Made by a program: the position numbers and the translations under genes
Notes under the pieces: model-generated
What the model was told of the DNA's origin: nothing
The model's database searches: none
The model's input: the letters and a program-made list of their open reading frames with translations, nothing else
Shown: positions 24,901 to 36,200 of the stretch, piece after piece
How the letters are laid out: each line of letters opens with the position of its first letter
Numbering within the stretch: position 1 is the stretch's first letter
NCBI RefSeq assembly: GCF_964355755.1
Contig: NC_092676.1
Span: forward strand, 5,061,888 to 5,125,887
Length of the DNA: 64,000 nucleotides
Direction: 5' to 3'
Source: Antedon mediterranea
Taxonomy: Eukaryota > Animalia > Echinodermata

Positions 24901-27434
24901 GGATTGTGCCTAAATAATAACAAACACTACCTTAACACTTTTTTTACAGAAATTATACCAAACTTATTTTTAGAATCCCACGTTTCTGAAAATGTTAGTA
25001 GTGAAAATATATCTGAAAATTCATTTAACGGTACTCAAAATGCCCAAGAATATGAAGGTAGAAAAAATACAGACAAAAGAGGGGATAAAAGGAAAACAAA
25101 GGACACAGAAAATTACAGAAACAATAGTAGAACGAAGGACACCAAAGGCAGGTTTAATAATATGAAGCAGTTGTCTGCGCAGTTAGAGGTAATTCAACGC
25201 AAGCCACTACTACCTAAGCTACCTAAATACGGAATTCATCTCGATAACATAAACAAATCAACGACAGAGGTAAATTTTAGATTTTCATGTCGACTGCTAC
25301 CCTATTACGTCATTTTTATGATATATTGCGACTGACAAATTTTCAGTTCATTAACATGTTGCTGTTTGCTCTCTGACATGAGTGCCAGTTCCAGACGTCA
25401 TAACACTGCAAGCACATTCTGAATACCAGACTTTCCAGAAAACAAGACATATTAGGCCAGCCCAAGGGTGACTGGCATTAAAAGAGTTGACTGTACTATC
25501 CCACTAGCTAAAATCTTTCCCCTCTCCGTTTCTGTGTTGTACAGTAATTTTCACATAATATTGATATTGCCATAAATATGTTTTGTATTTTATAAATGTA
25601 TTTGTATGTGCACGGCCCCATAGAAAAACAACCATGTGTTAATCTGGGCCTTCATAAATAATAGGGTTGATTACTTTGTATATTTTTATATTTACTTTGT
25701 TTACATTTCAGGTGGAATTGATGAATGCCTTTTTAGCATTTCATCCACTATCATGTAAATTGGGTAAAAAAAGAAGGTAAGAAATAAATTAATACACAGT
25801 AAAACCCTCAATTACGAAACCTGAGATTACAAAACCTCAATTTTACGAACGTAGTACAATAACATACTCGCATACATGAAACAGGGATCAAAGACAGCTT
25901 GGATGCCGATGTAGAAATGGGAAAGAGACGATCACCTGTAAATGCCACTTGCAATTTTCACTTTAAATTATCACCAGCTGTAATTACTACATGTGATTAC
26001 CACCTGTAATTACAAACTGCACTAACCACCTGTAATTACCACCTGTTATTAGCACCTGTGATTACCCGCTGCACTCACCACCTGTGATTACCACCTGCAC
26101 TTACCACTTGCACTTACCACCTGCGATTACCACCTGTAATTACCACCTGTTATTAGCACCTGTGATTACCCCCTGCACTCACCACCTGTGATTACAACCT
26201 GTAATTACCATCTGTGATTACCACCTGTGATTAGCACCTTTAATACCACCTGTGATTGCCACCTGCAATTACCAAGCAGTTACCACTTTTTCTACTATGT
26301 TATGTATAACTTTTTCAGAAATTATGCTGACATGATCTTTAAGAATATAGACAGTATTATACGTGTATCAGAATACTTGCAACATAACACAGTAATGGGA
26401 GAATATGTGACTGCACATCTAGCATACTCCACGATAAAGCAACTGGGTTTGGACCATGAAGAAATGGGATTAAATATCCCAACAAGTAAGCTATTCATTA
26501 ACTATGTATTTGTTTGTTTGTGTATGTTTCTCCACTACAGTGTTTGACCAAGAGATGGCAGCAAATTTAGATTAGTATAGTAGTTCATTTTTCTTCACTA
26601 CATTGTTTGTCTGAAAAAGTTTTTCCAGCAATGTGGCAGTGGTATTTTTACTATGTATTATATTTATATGGCCGACTTCTGTCGTAAACGGCAATTTCAA
26701 TTAGTCTTACATTCATCTGAATGATGACTAAGCCAGGACTGTTTAAAGCACCTTTGGTTGGTCCCAACATTGACCAAGGGCTTCTCTCGTCCAGTGCCCA
26801 CCTTAACCAGAGGAGATGCATAAGCCAATACGTCTGAGGCAGATACTAGATGTAGGGGCTGCCATAAGAGTCAGCAGTCCTGATTTCAAATGCCTAATGG
26901 GACCCCAACCATATACAGCACCCGGTATTTCCAGATGGTGTCCCATCCAAGCTTTAACCGGGCCCAACGTTGCTTAACTTCGGTGATCTGACGTATTTTT
27001 GCTATAATAGGTAATTAAATGTATGCTAAATTTCGGAAATCCTGGTTAAATCCCATGTCAAAATAGTGACAGTTCTTTTTAAATAGAAAAAGGTTGTGTG
27101 AAATTTTTCCTGGAACTTTACTTTTCCAATTGTATCTGGATTTAGGAGTTGCCTGTACATAACATTTTTATCATTTACAGATTTTACCCAAAATGTAGCA
27201 CCTGATAAATTTCCATATAAAGAGGACTTAGAGACAACCGATTATTCAGATTACCCACCTGGAAGTAACAGCTGTCAATCAAATGCCAAGGACACTGATA
27301 CTGGAATTTGTATGGACAGTATGTTGAAGTCACTCCCACAATCAGTCAACCACGAAGCTTCCCCTGTCAGTGACAGTGAACTGTCTACAAGTACGAGGCG
27401 AAGACGACCCTGCATACTAGATATTTTAGAATAA
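12975..27434 (+). CDS. LOTUS (OST-HTH) domain + two RRM-like domains, ~583 aa
   Basis: 13 in-frame GT-AG coding exons: 12975-13174, 13443-13543, 14152-14217, 15405-15547, 16797-16855, 18289-18401, 18938-19030, 19690-19791, 24365-24457, 24974-25269, 25712-25776, 26319-26485, 27181-27434 (1752 nt). N-terminus VKKYVRAVLLS..GGV..F..DY..LIGE.FP.R.LGF.SL...MPDVVR is LOTUS-like. RRM1: YAIVVKGI...EVYRLFS...YFYRFASIVEAEKIITKYDGSSVIGTTIRVSPA. RRM2: YGIHLDNINKSTTEVELMNAF...NYADMIFKN...VMGEYVTAHLA. Confidence 0.85.
13550..13980. repeat. Degenerate ~21-bp tandem repeat (ccaaatatgg.agtcctact) in the intron after LOTUS-gene coding exon 2
   Basis: Repeated ttccaaatatgg/gtcctact units; they generate the spurious ORFs at 13586-13905. 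Confidence 0.85.
14360..15302. mobile_element. Tc1/mariner-like MITE (TACCGTAAA...TTTAYGGTA) with tctaatagtaaccc repeats, interrupted by another MITE
   Basis: Ends taccgtaaatc / gatttatggta; the internal tctaatagtaacccc motif is repeated at 14372-14420, 14918-15000 and 15228-15285. Confidence 0.6.
14420..14918. mobile_element. ~500-bp MITE, TA-flanked
   Basis: TIR GGGAGGTTTCRCAACCTTACGAATACGATAACGAAAACGGATACGTC / reverse complement at the right end; near-identical second copy at 31201-31705. Confidence 0.9.
15690..16205 (-). mobile_element. Two tandem tRNA-derived SINE copies
   Basis: On the minus strand each copy starts with the A-box agtggccgagcg.ttag and continues gaggctcactcgctccatggttctggtg.tagaac.agtcttct; the same family occurs on the plus strand at 45415-45600. 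Confidence 0.75.
17625..17740 (-). mobile_element. SINE core fragment
   Basis: The minus strand reads ...taggcaagttgctttactc..tgcctcgtccttcggatgggatgtaaagccgttggtcctgtgtac, which resembles the conserved cores of invertebrate tRNA-SINEs. Confidence 0.5.
17790..17900 (-). pseudogene. 5S rRNA-derived sequence (pseudogene or SINE head)
   Basis: Minus strand gccatactgcgttgaaacaccggttctagtcagattaccgaagttaagcaacgctgggcccggtt...tggatgggagaccgtctagaaata matches metazoan 5S rRNA with many substitutions. Confidence 0.85.
18595..18796. mobile_element. Harbinger-like MITE (~200 bp)
   Basis: TIR ggcyaactcagacag..tcgtacga / tcgtacgacgc...agttggcc with TWA-type flanks; second copy at 63508-63672 and a collapsed remnant at 55915-55950. 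Confidence 0.7.
19887..20829. mobile_element. ~940-bp insertion with terminal ~200-bp palindrome (Crypton-like non-autonomous element)
   Basis: Absent from the paralogous intron at 24541-24560; bounded by the direct repeat ATATT; near-perfect hairpin at 20635-20834. The Crypton label is an inference from architecture only. Confidence 0.65.
21449..22797 (-). mobile_element. 5'-truncated, frameshifted RTE-clade LINE
   Basis: RT motifs FVDFRKAFDSIHR, GVLQGDTLAPFLF, GFADDLA, FKYLG and the C-terminal LDGCYTRLLRAALNISW/AGH/EDRKTW; (GATAT)n tail; 10-bp TSD CATGCCTAAT at 21439-21448 and 22798-22807. Confidence 0.92.
23019..23644. mobile_element. TTAA-flanked non-autonomous element (Kolobok-like AG...CT ends)
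   Basis: ttaa|agaccccttccctgc ... gtagggaatggggct|ttaa; removing it rejoins the YR coding sequence. An internal fragment of the same family lies at 24730-24890. Confidence 0.8.
25970..26285. repeat. 13-bp minisatellite (ttaccacctgtga-like)
   Basis: More than 20 degenerate taccacctg(t/c)(a/g)at units immediately upstream of the exon at 26319. Confidence 0.9.
26664..26993 (-). mobile_element. 5S-rRNA-derived SINE (SINE3-type), 5'-truncated copy
   Basis: 5S head (cgtcagatcaccgaagttaagcaacgttgggcccggttaaagcttggatgggacaccatctggaaataccgggtgctgta) followed by a ~240-bp body shared with the copy at 50608-50968. Confidence 0.88.
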
Positions 27435-27986
27435 TAGACAAGAAGAAGAAAATCAGTTAAATGATTGCTGTTTAATTAATGGTAGATTCCAAATAGGAAT
27501 CAGCTCAACAGATCATAAGATATTAACATTTTGATGTTTTGAGAAGATCCATATTTTACATAATGCTACAAAATACATAACAAATATAAAATGCTTCGTT
27601 ACACTATTCATTTTTTTAAATAAAGTACAATTCAGTAAATTTTTACTTATTTTTATATATTTTAGTTTGTTGTATTTTTTTATCCATCAAAAATTGTATC
27701 TTAATATTTTATTCTCAATGTGTTAAATAGGTCATCATATACCATATATAGGTCATCATATACCATATATAGGTCATCATATACCACCCTTAGTTGATTG
27801 AAAACTCTTAATCTGACCATAGTCCAAATGACCATTATAGTGACCTGGCTGAATCCCTCAGTTAGTTTGACTGAATATTTCCTGGTGTGAATAAGAATGA
27901 ATAAAAAATAATGTTTTTATTAAAATATTACAACTATTTAAAAAAAAATGTACAGTATTTGACAATTGTATTATGAATTAGGCCTA

Positions 27987-28108
27987 AAGCTATGTCTACA
28001 CTCTGTGACACAAAAATGTGATATGGACATGATGATGTCATATTATCGCTACCATATTTGGGCACATCAAACACGTCAAACTAGTTTGATAGTGTAGACA
28101 GAGCTTTA
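27987..28108. mobile_element. High-copy ~130-170-bp MITE family (aagctctgtctacactatcaaact...agtttgatagtgtagacagagctt)
   Basis: Copies or fragments at approximately 12723-12895, 16970-17050, 18125-18260, 27987-28108, 32300-32460, 32635-33038 (three in tandem), 34800-34928, 36946-37045, 46100-46223 and 52494-52625. All share the TIR and the internal tgtgatgtgccc / cactaccatatttggg motifs. Confidence 0.85.
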
Positions 28109-28990
28109 GTGTCAAAAAAAAATTAATAAATTAATACAGACATAAAATAATGGTTTTATCATTTAATTAAATTAGTTTTAAAACAATTATTGGAAAATAA
28201 ATGTCTTCAATTTTTAAAATTAATTGTGTACCTGAAAATTGAGGTCAAAGTTGACTTGATAACGATTATGTTGTAATCATCATGTTGTTTTCATTAAATG
28301 CAGTACTTTGTAAACAAATGCAGTTATATGTTGCTGTGATATTTAAAAATATCACAAATTTTATTAATTAATTTGTTTTTAATAAATATAAAAGTGAAAT
28401 GGTCTTTGTTTTTTTAGAGTGACATTTTCAAACAGACGAGAGAAATTGCTGGAGTTCTCCTTTAAGTTTTTGAGCAACCGTCTGGGTTTGTCGTACATGT
28501 TGAGGGCGTGCTTTAAATAATAATTATTTTACACTCGATTGAAAAACATAAACAATCAGATGTCGGTGTCTTTTTGTTACACGTTTGTTTAGGAATTCGT
28601 CCGCGAAAAAATATATCCGTGAGTAGAATTTGTTGTAATACTGTATTTATATTTAATTAATTGAGTAGTATACCGTGAGATTCACAAATATGCAGTTATA
28701 GTATTTAACAAAATAATTGGCGACACTTTGTAAGCCTAGGCAAGGCGTAATAATAGCTGGCAGTTGGTTAAGCTTGGACCGGATAGTGGTCTTAGTAAGT
28801 GCAACTCAAGCAATGTGTCTAACCACAGCAGGCGATGTATTATCCTAACTTTTGCTTGTGATTGGTCAACTTACTTTCGTTGCGCTTACGTCCTTGTGTT
28901 GCGTTACGTCCTTGCGTCCTTGTGGACTGTTGCGCTTACGTCCTTGTGTTGCGCTTACGTCCTTGTGTTGCGCTTGCGTTGTGTTGACTC

Positions 28991-29884
28991 CTATGGAACG
29001 CCTCCTCTGCCTTCAGTTCACATTTATCATGCAGTACACACCAATCGTCATGCAGTACACACCAATCGTCATGCAGTACACACCAATCGTCATGCAGTAC
29101 ACACCAATCGTCATGCAGTACACACCAAACGTCATGCAGTACACACCAAACGTCATGCAGTACACACCAATCGTCATGCAGTACACACCAATCGTCATGC
29201 AGTACACACCAATGGTCATGCAGTACACACCAATGGTCATGCAGTACACACCAATCGTCATGCAGTACACACCAATGGTCATGCAGTACACACCAATCGT
29301 CATGCAGTACACACCAATCGTCATGCAGTCCAATATTGCGTAATTTATACCGCCACCTATCGACAAAATCGAATATCGCATGACTTTTATTAGACGGCTG
29401 TAAAACTAAGGCTATATACAAACTTTATACTACAGCAACTCACGCTGTCTACTACTACACCGCACGTGCTTTACGTCCTATAGATTCCAAGATTTATTTA
29501 ATAGTTTTTCCAGCCATTTTAGTCATAAAGCACGTGCGGTGTAGTAGTAGACAGCGTGAGTTGCTGTAGTATAATGTTTGAATAGCCTAGTTTTACAGCC
29601 GTCTAATAAACGTCACGTGATATTCAATTTTGTCGATAGGTGGCGGTATAAATTACGCAATATTTGACTGCATGACGATTGGTGTGTACTGCATGACCAT
29701 TGGTGTGTACTGCATGACCTGACGATTGGTGTGTACTGCATGACGTTTGGTGTGTACTGCATGATGTTTGGTGTGTACTGCATGACCATTGGTGTGTACT
29801 GCATGACCATTGGTGTGTACTGCATGACGATTGGTGTGTACTGCATGACAAATGTGAACTGAAGGCAGAAGAGGCGTTCCATAG
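28991..29884. mobile_element. Foldback element: two long inverted arms, each with a 21-bp tandem array, and a ~50-bp loop
   Basis: Left arm 28991-29473 and right arm 29526-29884 are reverse complements. The unit catgcagtacacaccaatcgt occurs x14 on the left and x8 on the right. The flanking direct repeat is ACTC (or GACTCC, depending on the boundary chosen). Confidence 0.92.
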
Positions 29885-30231
29885 ACTCCTAGTTCCATGG
29901 ATGGTTTGAAATTGCAAATTGTTTAAGCGTTCAACTCATTGCCACTTTACTTACATTTTTAAATAAACTTTTTTCATTTTTCTAAGACTTTTTAACTAAA
30001 ATGTTTGGTTATAAAAGAGGTCAAGTCGGTAGAGTAGATATAATATTTAGGATGGATAAGCTTTAGCAATAGTCTTGACAATAGATAAGATGTAATTCAA
30101 GCTGAAATTATTAACTATAAATAAACAATTTTTATAATCTAACATAATGATTGATATCTGAAATTAGAACTTTTTACAGCAGAGGGGATCCTATTCCACT
30201 ATTAAAAATCTGTTTGTGTTTCAGAGAGAAA

Positions 30232-33200
30232 ATGACAAAACCAAAGAAAAGGAAAATCGTTTCAAAGAGTGAATCTCAAAAAAAGAAAAGCGAGTTGCAG
30301 GCAAATATACCAAATGGAAAGACCATCAACAAACCAGACGACACCACAAGTCGAAGTACTTATATTTACCTTGTCTGCATTACATTCGTTTTAATCTTCA
30401 CTGCTTTGTATTTCAATGTATCTTCTCAAAGTATAAATTTTGATGTTTTTAAAACCAAAAACACCACAAGTGGAAATGAGAAGAATGCGCCTTTGTTTGA
30501 GCAAATCCAAAAAATGGAAACCATTCATAGACGAGCTAACTTGAGCTTAGCCGAATTCCAAGCTGTTTACGATGGAAAATGGTAAAGTTCTTTTATGTGT
30601 ATTTTACAGAGTTGAAAAATTGATTGCTCTGTTTTTAACAAGGAGACGAGTGGACAATAGAGCAGTTAATTTTTTCTCTCAAAACATTCATTATTTGTTT
30701 TAACACACCTACTGTAAAGTAAACTTTTAAAGATGTTCCTCACGACATGAAAAATGAAGATTAATTAAATCAGACTTTAGATGCGTTATTTTGTAGTTTT
30801 AATAAGGTTAATCACTTAAGTAGAAAAAAAAATGTTTTCACTTTTAAAATGACAAAATAATTGGTTATATTCAACCAAAAATTCACTGGCTGGCAACCAA
30901 TTGCTTTAAATTGCAGTTTTTCAGGTAAATACATTTTTTGTTAAAATTTTTAGTCAAAACGGAGAACTATTATGTGACATTATAGCATATTCAACAACAA
31001 AAATAATTAAGAATTGTTTTTTCAGGGGGACAATGCATCTTTAACAAAGAGCTAAGTTGAAAATACAGCCGTCAATTTGTTATCAATGAAATATTCTCTC
31101 AATTCAATGAATACCAACATTTTTTTTGTTTTATAATGCACCATGTAAAGTAAATTTTTAATTCTGCTGCTTCCAGGTAGATCAAAATTGAATGTCATTA
31201 GGGAGGTTTCGTAACCTTACGAATACGATAACGAAAACGGATACGTCACACATTTGTGAAACTTTTGAGCTGATCCCCATTTCATATTCGTAAAGTGTAT
31301 TCGTGTTGACGAATATCACCAGTCATATTCGTAACTACAAAACGAGTATAGTTTTTGATCTATTTTGCACATTTTGCATTGAATCAGGAATGATTCATGA
31401 TTATAATATAATTATAGATTTATTGAAAGTAATTTACTAAAGTAATTTACTAAAATGCCAAGTCAATTTTGATAAATATCAGTTTTTAAAGTCCTAACTC
31501 GCTTTGATGTTAGGCTAGGCCTAGGCAGCCAAGCACCAAGCAACACGTACCTGCGCTTCACTCAAATTTACCGCAGTCATATTTTGGACGCGCCTCGATA
31601 TTTCGTTGCCATGCGAAACAGATTTTTTTATGGCTTACGAAAACGAATACGTGTGCGCGACGTATCCGTTTTCATTATCGTATTCGTAAGATTGCGAAAC
31701 CTCTCTATTCTAGTAAAATGTTTTATAATGTTGTTATATAATGGAAAAAAAATGTTGGATTTGATTATAAAAACCAGATGTTACAGTATTTCAATCGATT
31801 GTTAATGTTATTTCTTGTCTATGTGAAAGTCAAAATGAATTTTATTATTTGTCATATTTAGAATCATATGTGTTAACGAGTTGTTCAAATATTGATTTTA
31901 ATTGTTCTATTTCACAATTGGTATGAGAAAAATCAATATTCTTTACCAGAATTAGTTTTATTACTATTATTGTAAATATTAATTTACGTAAGGGCTATTG
32001 GAATGGTAGAAATTCTGGTGGAAGTCTTGTTTTATGGTTTATGAAATGAGTACATTCTGAGGTCTTTGGTTCATGTCCTGTTTTTATTCAAATTTGGATA
32101 AACTACACTTAACATTTTAATTCTGAATTTTTTCATTATACTGTATTATTTTTAAATTTCATTTTTTAATACCATCCCGCTTATTATGATGCACAAAGCG
32201 CCATGAGCTCCACATGGGTGGGGGATACCGGTGATATAGGTTTTCATTTATTATTATTATTATAATTACATAATCATAAATATTGAAAATGACCTCTCAA
32301 AAGCTCTCTACACTATCAAGCTTTATGTGACAAAAAAAAATGTGATATATATATGGACATGATAATGTCATATCACATACCATATTTTAACCATATCACT
32401 ACCACATTTGGGTACATTACACTTTTTTTGTCAAACTAGTTTGATAGTGTAATCAGAGCTTAATATATTTTATTCGTCATATTATTTCAGGCCAGTACTT
32501 ATCACAGATGTGATGCAGCGATGGCCAGCCATCAATTGGACGACAGATTTCTTTTTGAATTCGTATGGGGAGGACAGAATAACAATGAAGGCTGTCCGAG
32601 TATGTTGATTACTTTTACCTTCCCGTTTCACGGTTAAGCTCTGTTTACACTATCAAACTTTATGTGATGTGCCCATATATGGACATGATAATGTTGTATC
32701 ACTACCATATTTGGGAATATCACTACCATATTTGGGCACATCACACTTTTTTTAGTTTGATAGTTTAGACAGAATTTATTATCTCTATGGTCTACACTAT
32801 CAAACGTTATGTGATGTGCCCATATATGGACATGATAATGTTGTATCACTACCATATTTGGGAATATCACTACCATATTTGGGCACATCACACTTTTTTT
32901 AGTTTGATAGTTTAGACAGAATTTATTATCTACACTATCAAACGTTATGTGATGTGCCCATATATAGACATGGTGATGTCATATCACTACCATATTTGGG
33001 AACATGACAAACTAGTTTAATAGTGTATACAGAGCTTTACTCTACATCAATTTCTAAAATCATGCTTTTAGTTTTATATCTTTACAACTGCTCATGAGAA
33101 TTCAAAATATGTATATGCAATTTTTTACAATAGAACACATTTCAGACCATTTGCACAATTAATAAATGGCTTGGATAACTAATCATTTATACTAATTGTT

Positions 33201-36200
33201 TTTGACAGGACAGCTGTAAAATAGAGAACTAAACTTGAAACACATGGTTCATTAAATATTTCTTTAAAGTAATTTTTAACAATTACTGTAATCGTAAATT
33301 TTCTTTCTTTTTTGTTTGTTACAGGGCTCTTTGAATAAGGGCGAGTCATTCGCACTACCATTAAAACTTTATCTCAGCCATATTAATGAAGGCACACCGG
33401 ACACCTGGACCTATTTAGAGGATGAGATCTTTCTAGAACAGAGACCAAAGCTGAAGGAAGACATCATCACACCTGTGAGTTATCAACAAATCCACTAGAG
33501 CATGTACCAGTCATAATATTAATAGTTCACCATTTTTCTGTGTTCTCGGTTGATGTTACTACCACCATAAAGAGTTAGCCAATTATTAATTAATACCATG
33601 TTTTAATATACCCAAAACAGACTATTTTCTGGTGTATTTTTGTAACAATAGGGACTTTACAAAACACGACGGAAAGCCACAGGATGGCGCTCATGAATAA
33701 TTTATGCATAAGCTTTAACAAATTGGGTGGAGCTTAGCGTGAAAGTTGCCATTTTCTTGTTTATGGAAAACATTGGCTTAAAAGCAATACGTTTTGCGCG
33801 CCGTTTGAATGCAGGGTCCCTAGCTAGGAAGCTAGGCCTGCTGTACCAGCAGAGCCAAACGATTCAGAAGAGCCTCGCCGCAAGACAAGGGAGGGATAGA
33901 GATACTGTTGGTCGTCGTCTTTGTGCAAGGGTGCATAACTAATAAAACGGCTATGTTGACTGTATATGATTTTACACTCTAGCGAACACAGGATATCCGT
34001 CGTCCTCTTCTAACCGTTGTGTTTCGTAACGTCCCTGATACTTTATGAAGTAACGCTTAAAAGTACTTTTATTTTTAGGTATATTTGCAGGAGGATTATT
34101 TTCAGATGTTTCCGCCCGAGATTCAACCGTGGAATGCAATGCTTCTCTGGGGTACTCGATTTTCACGATCATCTTTACACATTGGTGAGTACCCCACACT
34201 ATGACAATATTTGTCCAGTATCATGGCAAGTCCCTTAATACAGCATCTCATGTGTGTCATATTGGCGAGTTACTTTGTATGTGTATGAAATAAATATGTT
34301 AGTTACAATTTTATGAGTTTTTTTAACAGATCCATATAATTGGACTGGAACAAATGCAGTTTTCATGGGACTCAAAAAGTGGAAACTCTATGAACCAGGC
34401 CAGGATCATTATTTGTACGTTTACCCAGATCGAAAATCAGAATTCCCTCTCAACTGCAATAAGTACAATAGGTAATTATATTGTATTACAATAATAATCA
34501 TTTGCATATCATCGTTTTTTTATTCTTTACCATGGTTTTTGAAGAACATTTAGAAATATTCCCTTTTTAAGAAAGTTTATTTAAATTTATAGGCCTACCT
34601 AGAATTTGCCTTAATTTAGTAGTAGGCATATTAGGTTGGTAGTACACTTCAGTAATCTAATTGAACTTTGACCTTCCATTGCACATCGTATACTTTTTGT
34701 GTATTCCGAATTCCCCTTTTAGTTTTCAATTTGTGATGACCGAAGCCCTAACTAGAAATCACTTTTCAAATCATGGAGTAATAATCATTATGATAGTATA
34801 AAATGTGATGTGCCCAAATATGGTGGTGATATGCCCAAATATGGTATTGATATGACATCATCATGTCCATATATATGATGCGCATCACATTTTTTGTCAC
34901 ATAAAGTTTAATAGTGTAGACAGAGCTTAATTAACCTGGTTAAAATTAACCCTACCATCTGCTGTCTACTTATTTTCTCAGAATTCTATACAAGAACTAA
35001 CCACAACAGACCGTCTCTGATTATCTTTCTTTTCAATTTAAGCTGCTATTATGTGAAAAAGATACACTGTACTATACCATAGGTCTACAGTATTTCCTGT
35101 TTAGTTAATCCAGAACATTGTAAACCATTAGTCTGTTATACATTTATTATATGCAGTGTTTCCTTATTTTGGAATTGTTTTTTAGTTTTTAAACCCATAT
35201 TGTACAGTGATTCGAGGCCTGTAGCTAGAATTTTTACAGGGGTACATTTTTCTACAAGAAGAGGGGCAAAAATTATGTACTTCTGTGGGCCTTTTTTTCT
35301 ATTTTGTATATAAAAATGTCCAAAAATTAAAATAATGTTCGGTCATGGGTGAATGAATAGCACCAAGAATGTTCAATTTTTTGTTTTGGATTTGTTTTGA
35401 ATTTTAATCTGAATTTAATTGTTTTAGCAGCATTTTAACATTGGCCATATTACCCGTATTTATCATTGGCCTATAGCGTTTGTTCAATTTTTTGTATTTT
35501 TCTTGTAGTTTTATTGTCTTTTACTGTCTCTTAATTATGCCAAGCAAAGTAATTTTTCATTTTATGTGGATCAATAAAATTTCTTATGATTCACATGTTT
35601 TTATATTTGGTCTTTAGTAAAGGTGTGTTTTTATTTCTTGTAGTCCTATAGACACATTTAATCCAGATTACAAAAAGTATCCATTGTTTAAAAAAGCGAG
35701 GGCGATAGAGTTTGATCAGCATCCGGGAGAAATGCTTATTATTCCGACGGGATGGTTCCATCAAGCTTACAACGATGACGTGACGATGGCGGTTAGTAGT
35801 CAGGTCATGAACTCTGGGAACTATGAGTAAGTGCATATGATTATGGGTAAATGTGCATAGGATTATGGGTAAATGTGCATAGGATTATGGGTAAAGGTGC
35901 AGTGTAAATGTGTATAGGATTATGGGTAAATGTGCATACGATTATGGGTAAATGTGCATAGGATTATGGGTAAATCGGCATAGGATTATGGGTAAATGTG
36001 CATAGGATTACGGGTAAAGGTGCAGTGTAAATGTGCATAAGATTATTGGTAAATGTGTATAGGATTATGGGTAAATGTGCATAGGATTATGGTTAAATGT
36101 GCATAGGACTATGGGTAAAGGTGCGTAGGATTATGGGTAAATGTGCATAGGGTTATGGGTAAATGTGCATAGGACTATGGGTAAATTCCCCCTCCCAAAC

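Noticed and set aside
12975-27434. Naming the gene TDRD5, TDRD7, MARF1 or oskar
   Set aside because: No Tudor, NYN or SGNH-like domain appears in the assembled frame, so orthology cannot be claimed.
28764-29917. Repeat-protein ORFs (HAVHTNR, MQYTPIV, LHDDWCV) on both strands
   Set aside because: These are open frames of a stop-poor 21-bp array inside a foldback element, with no splice or domain support.
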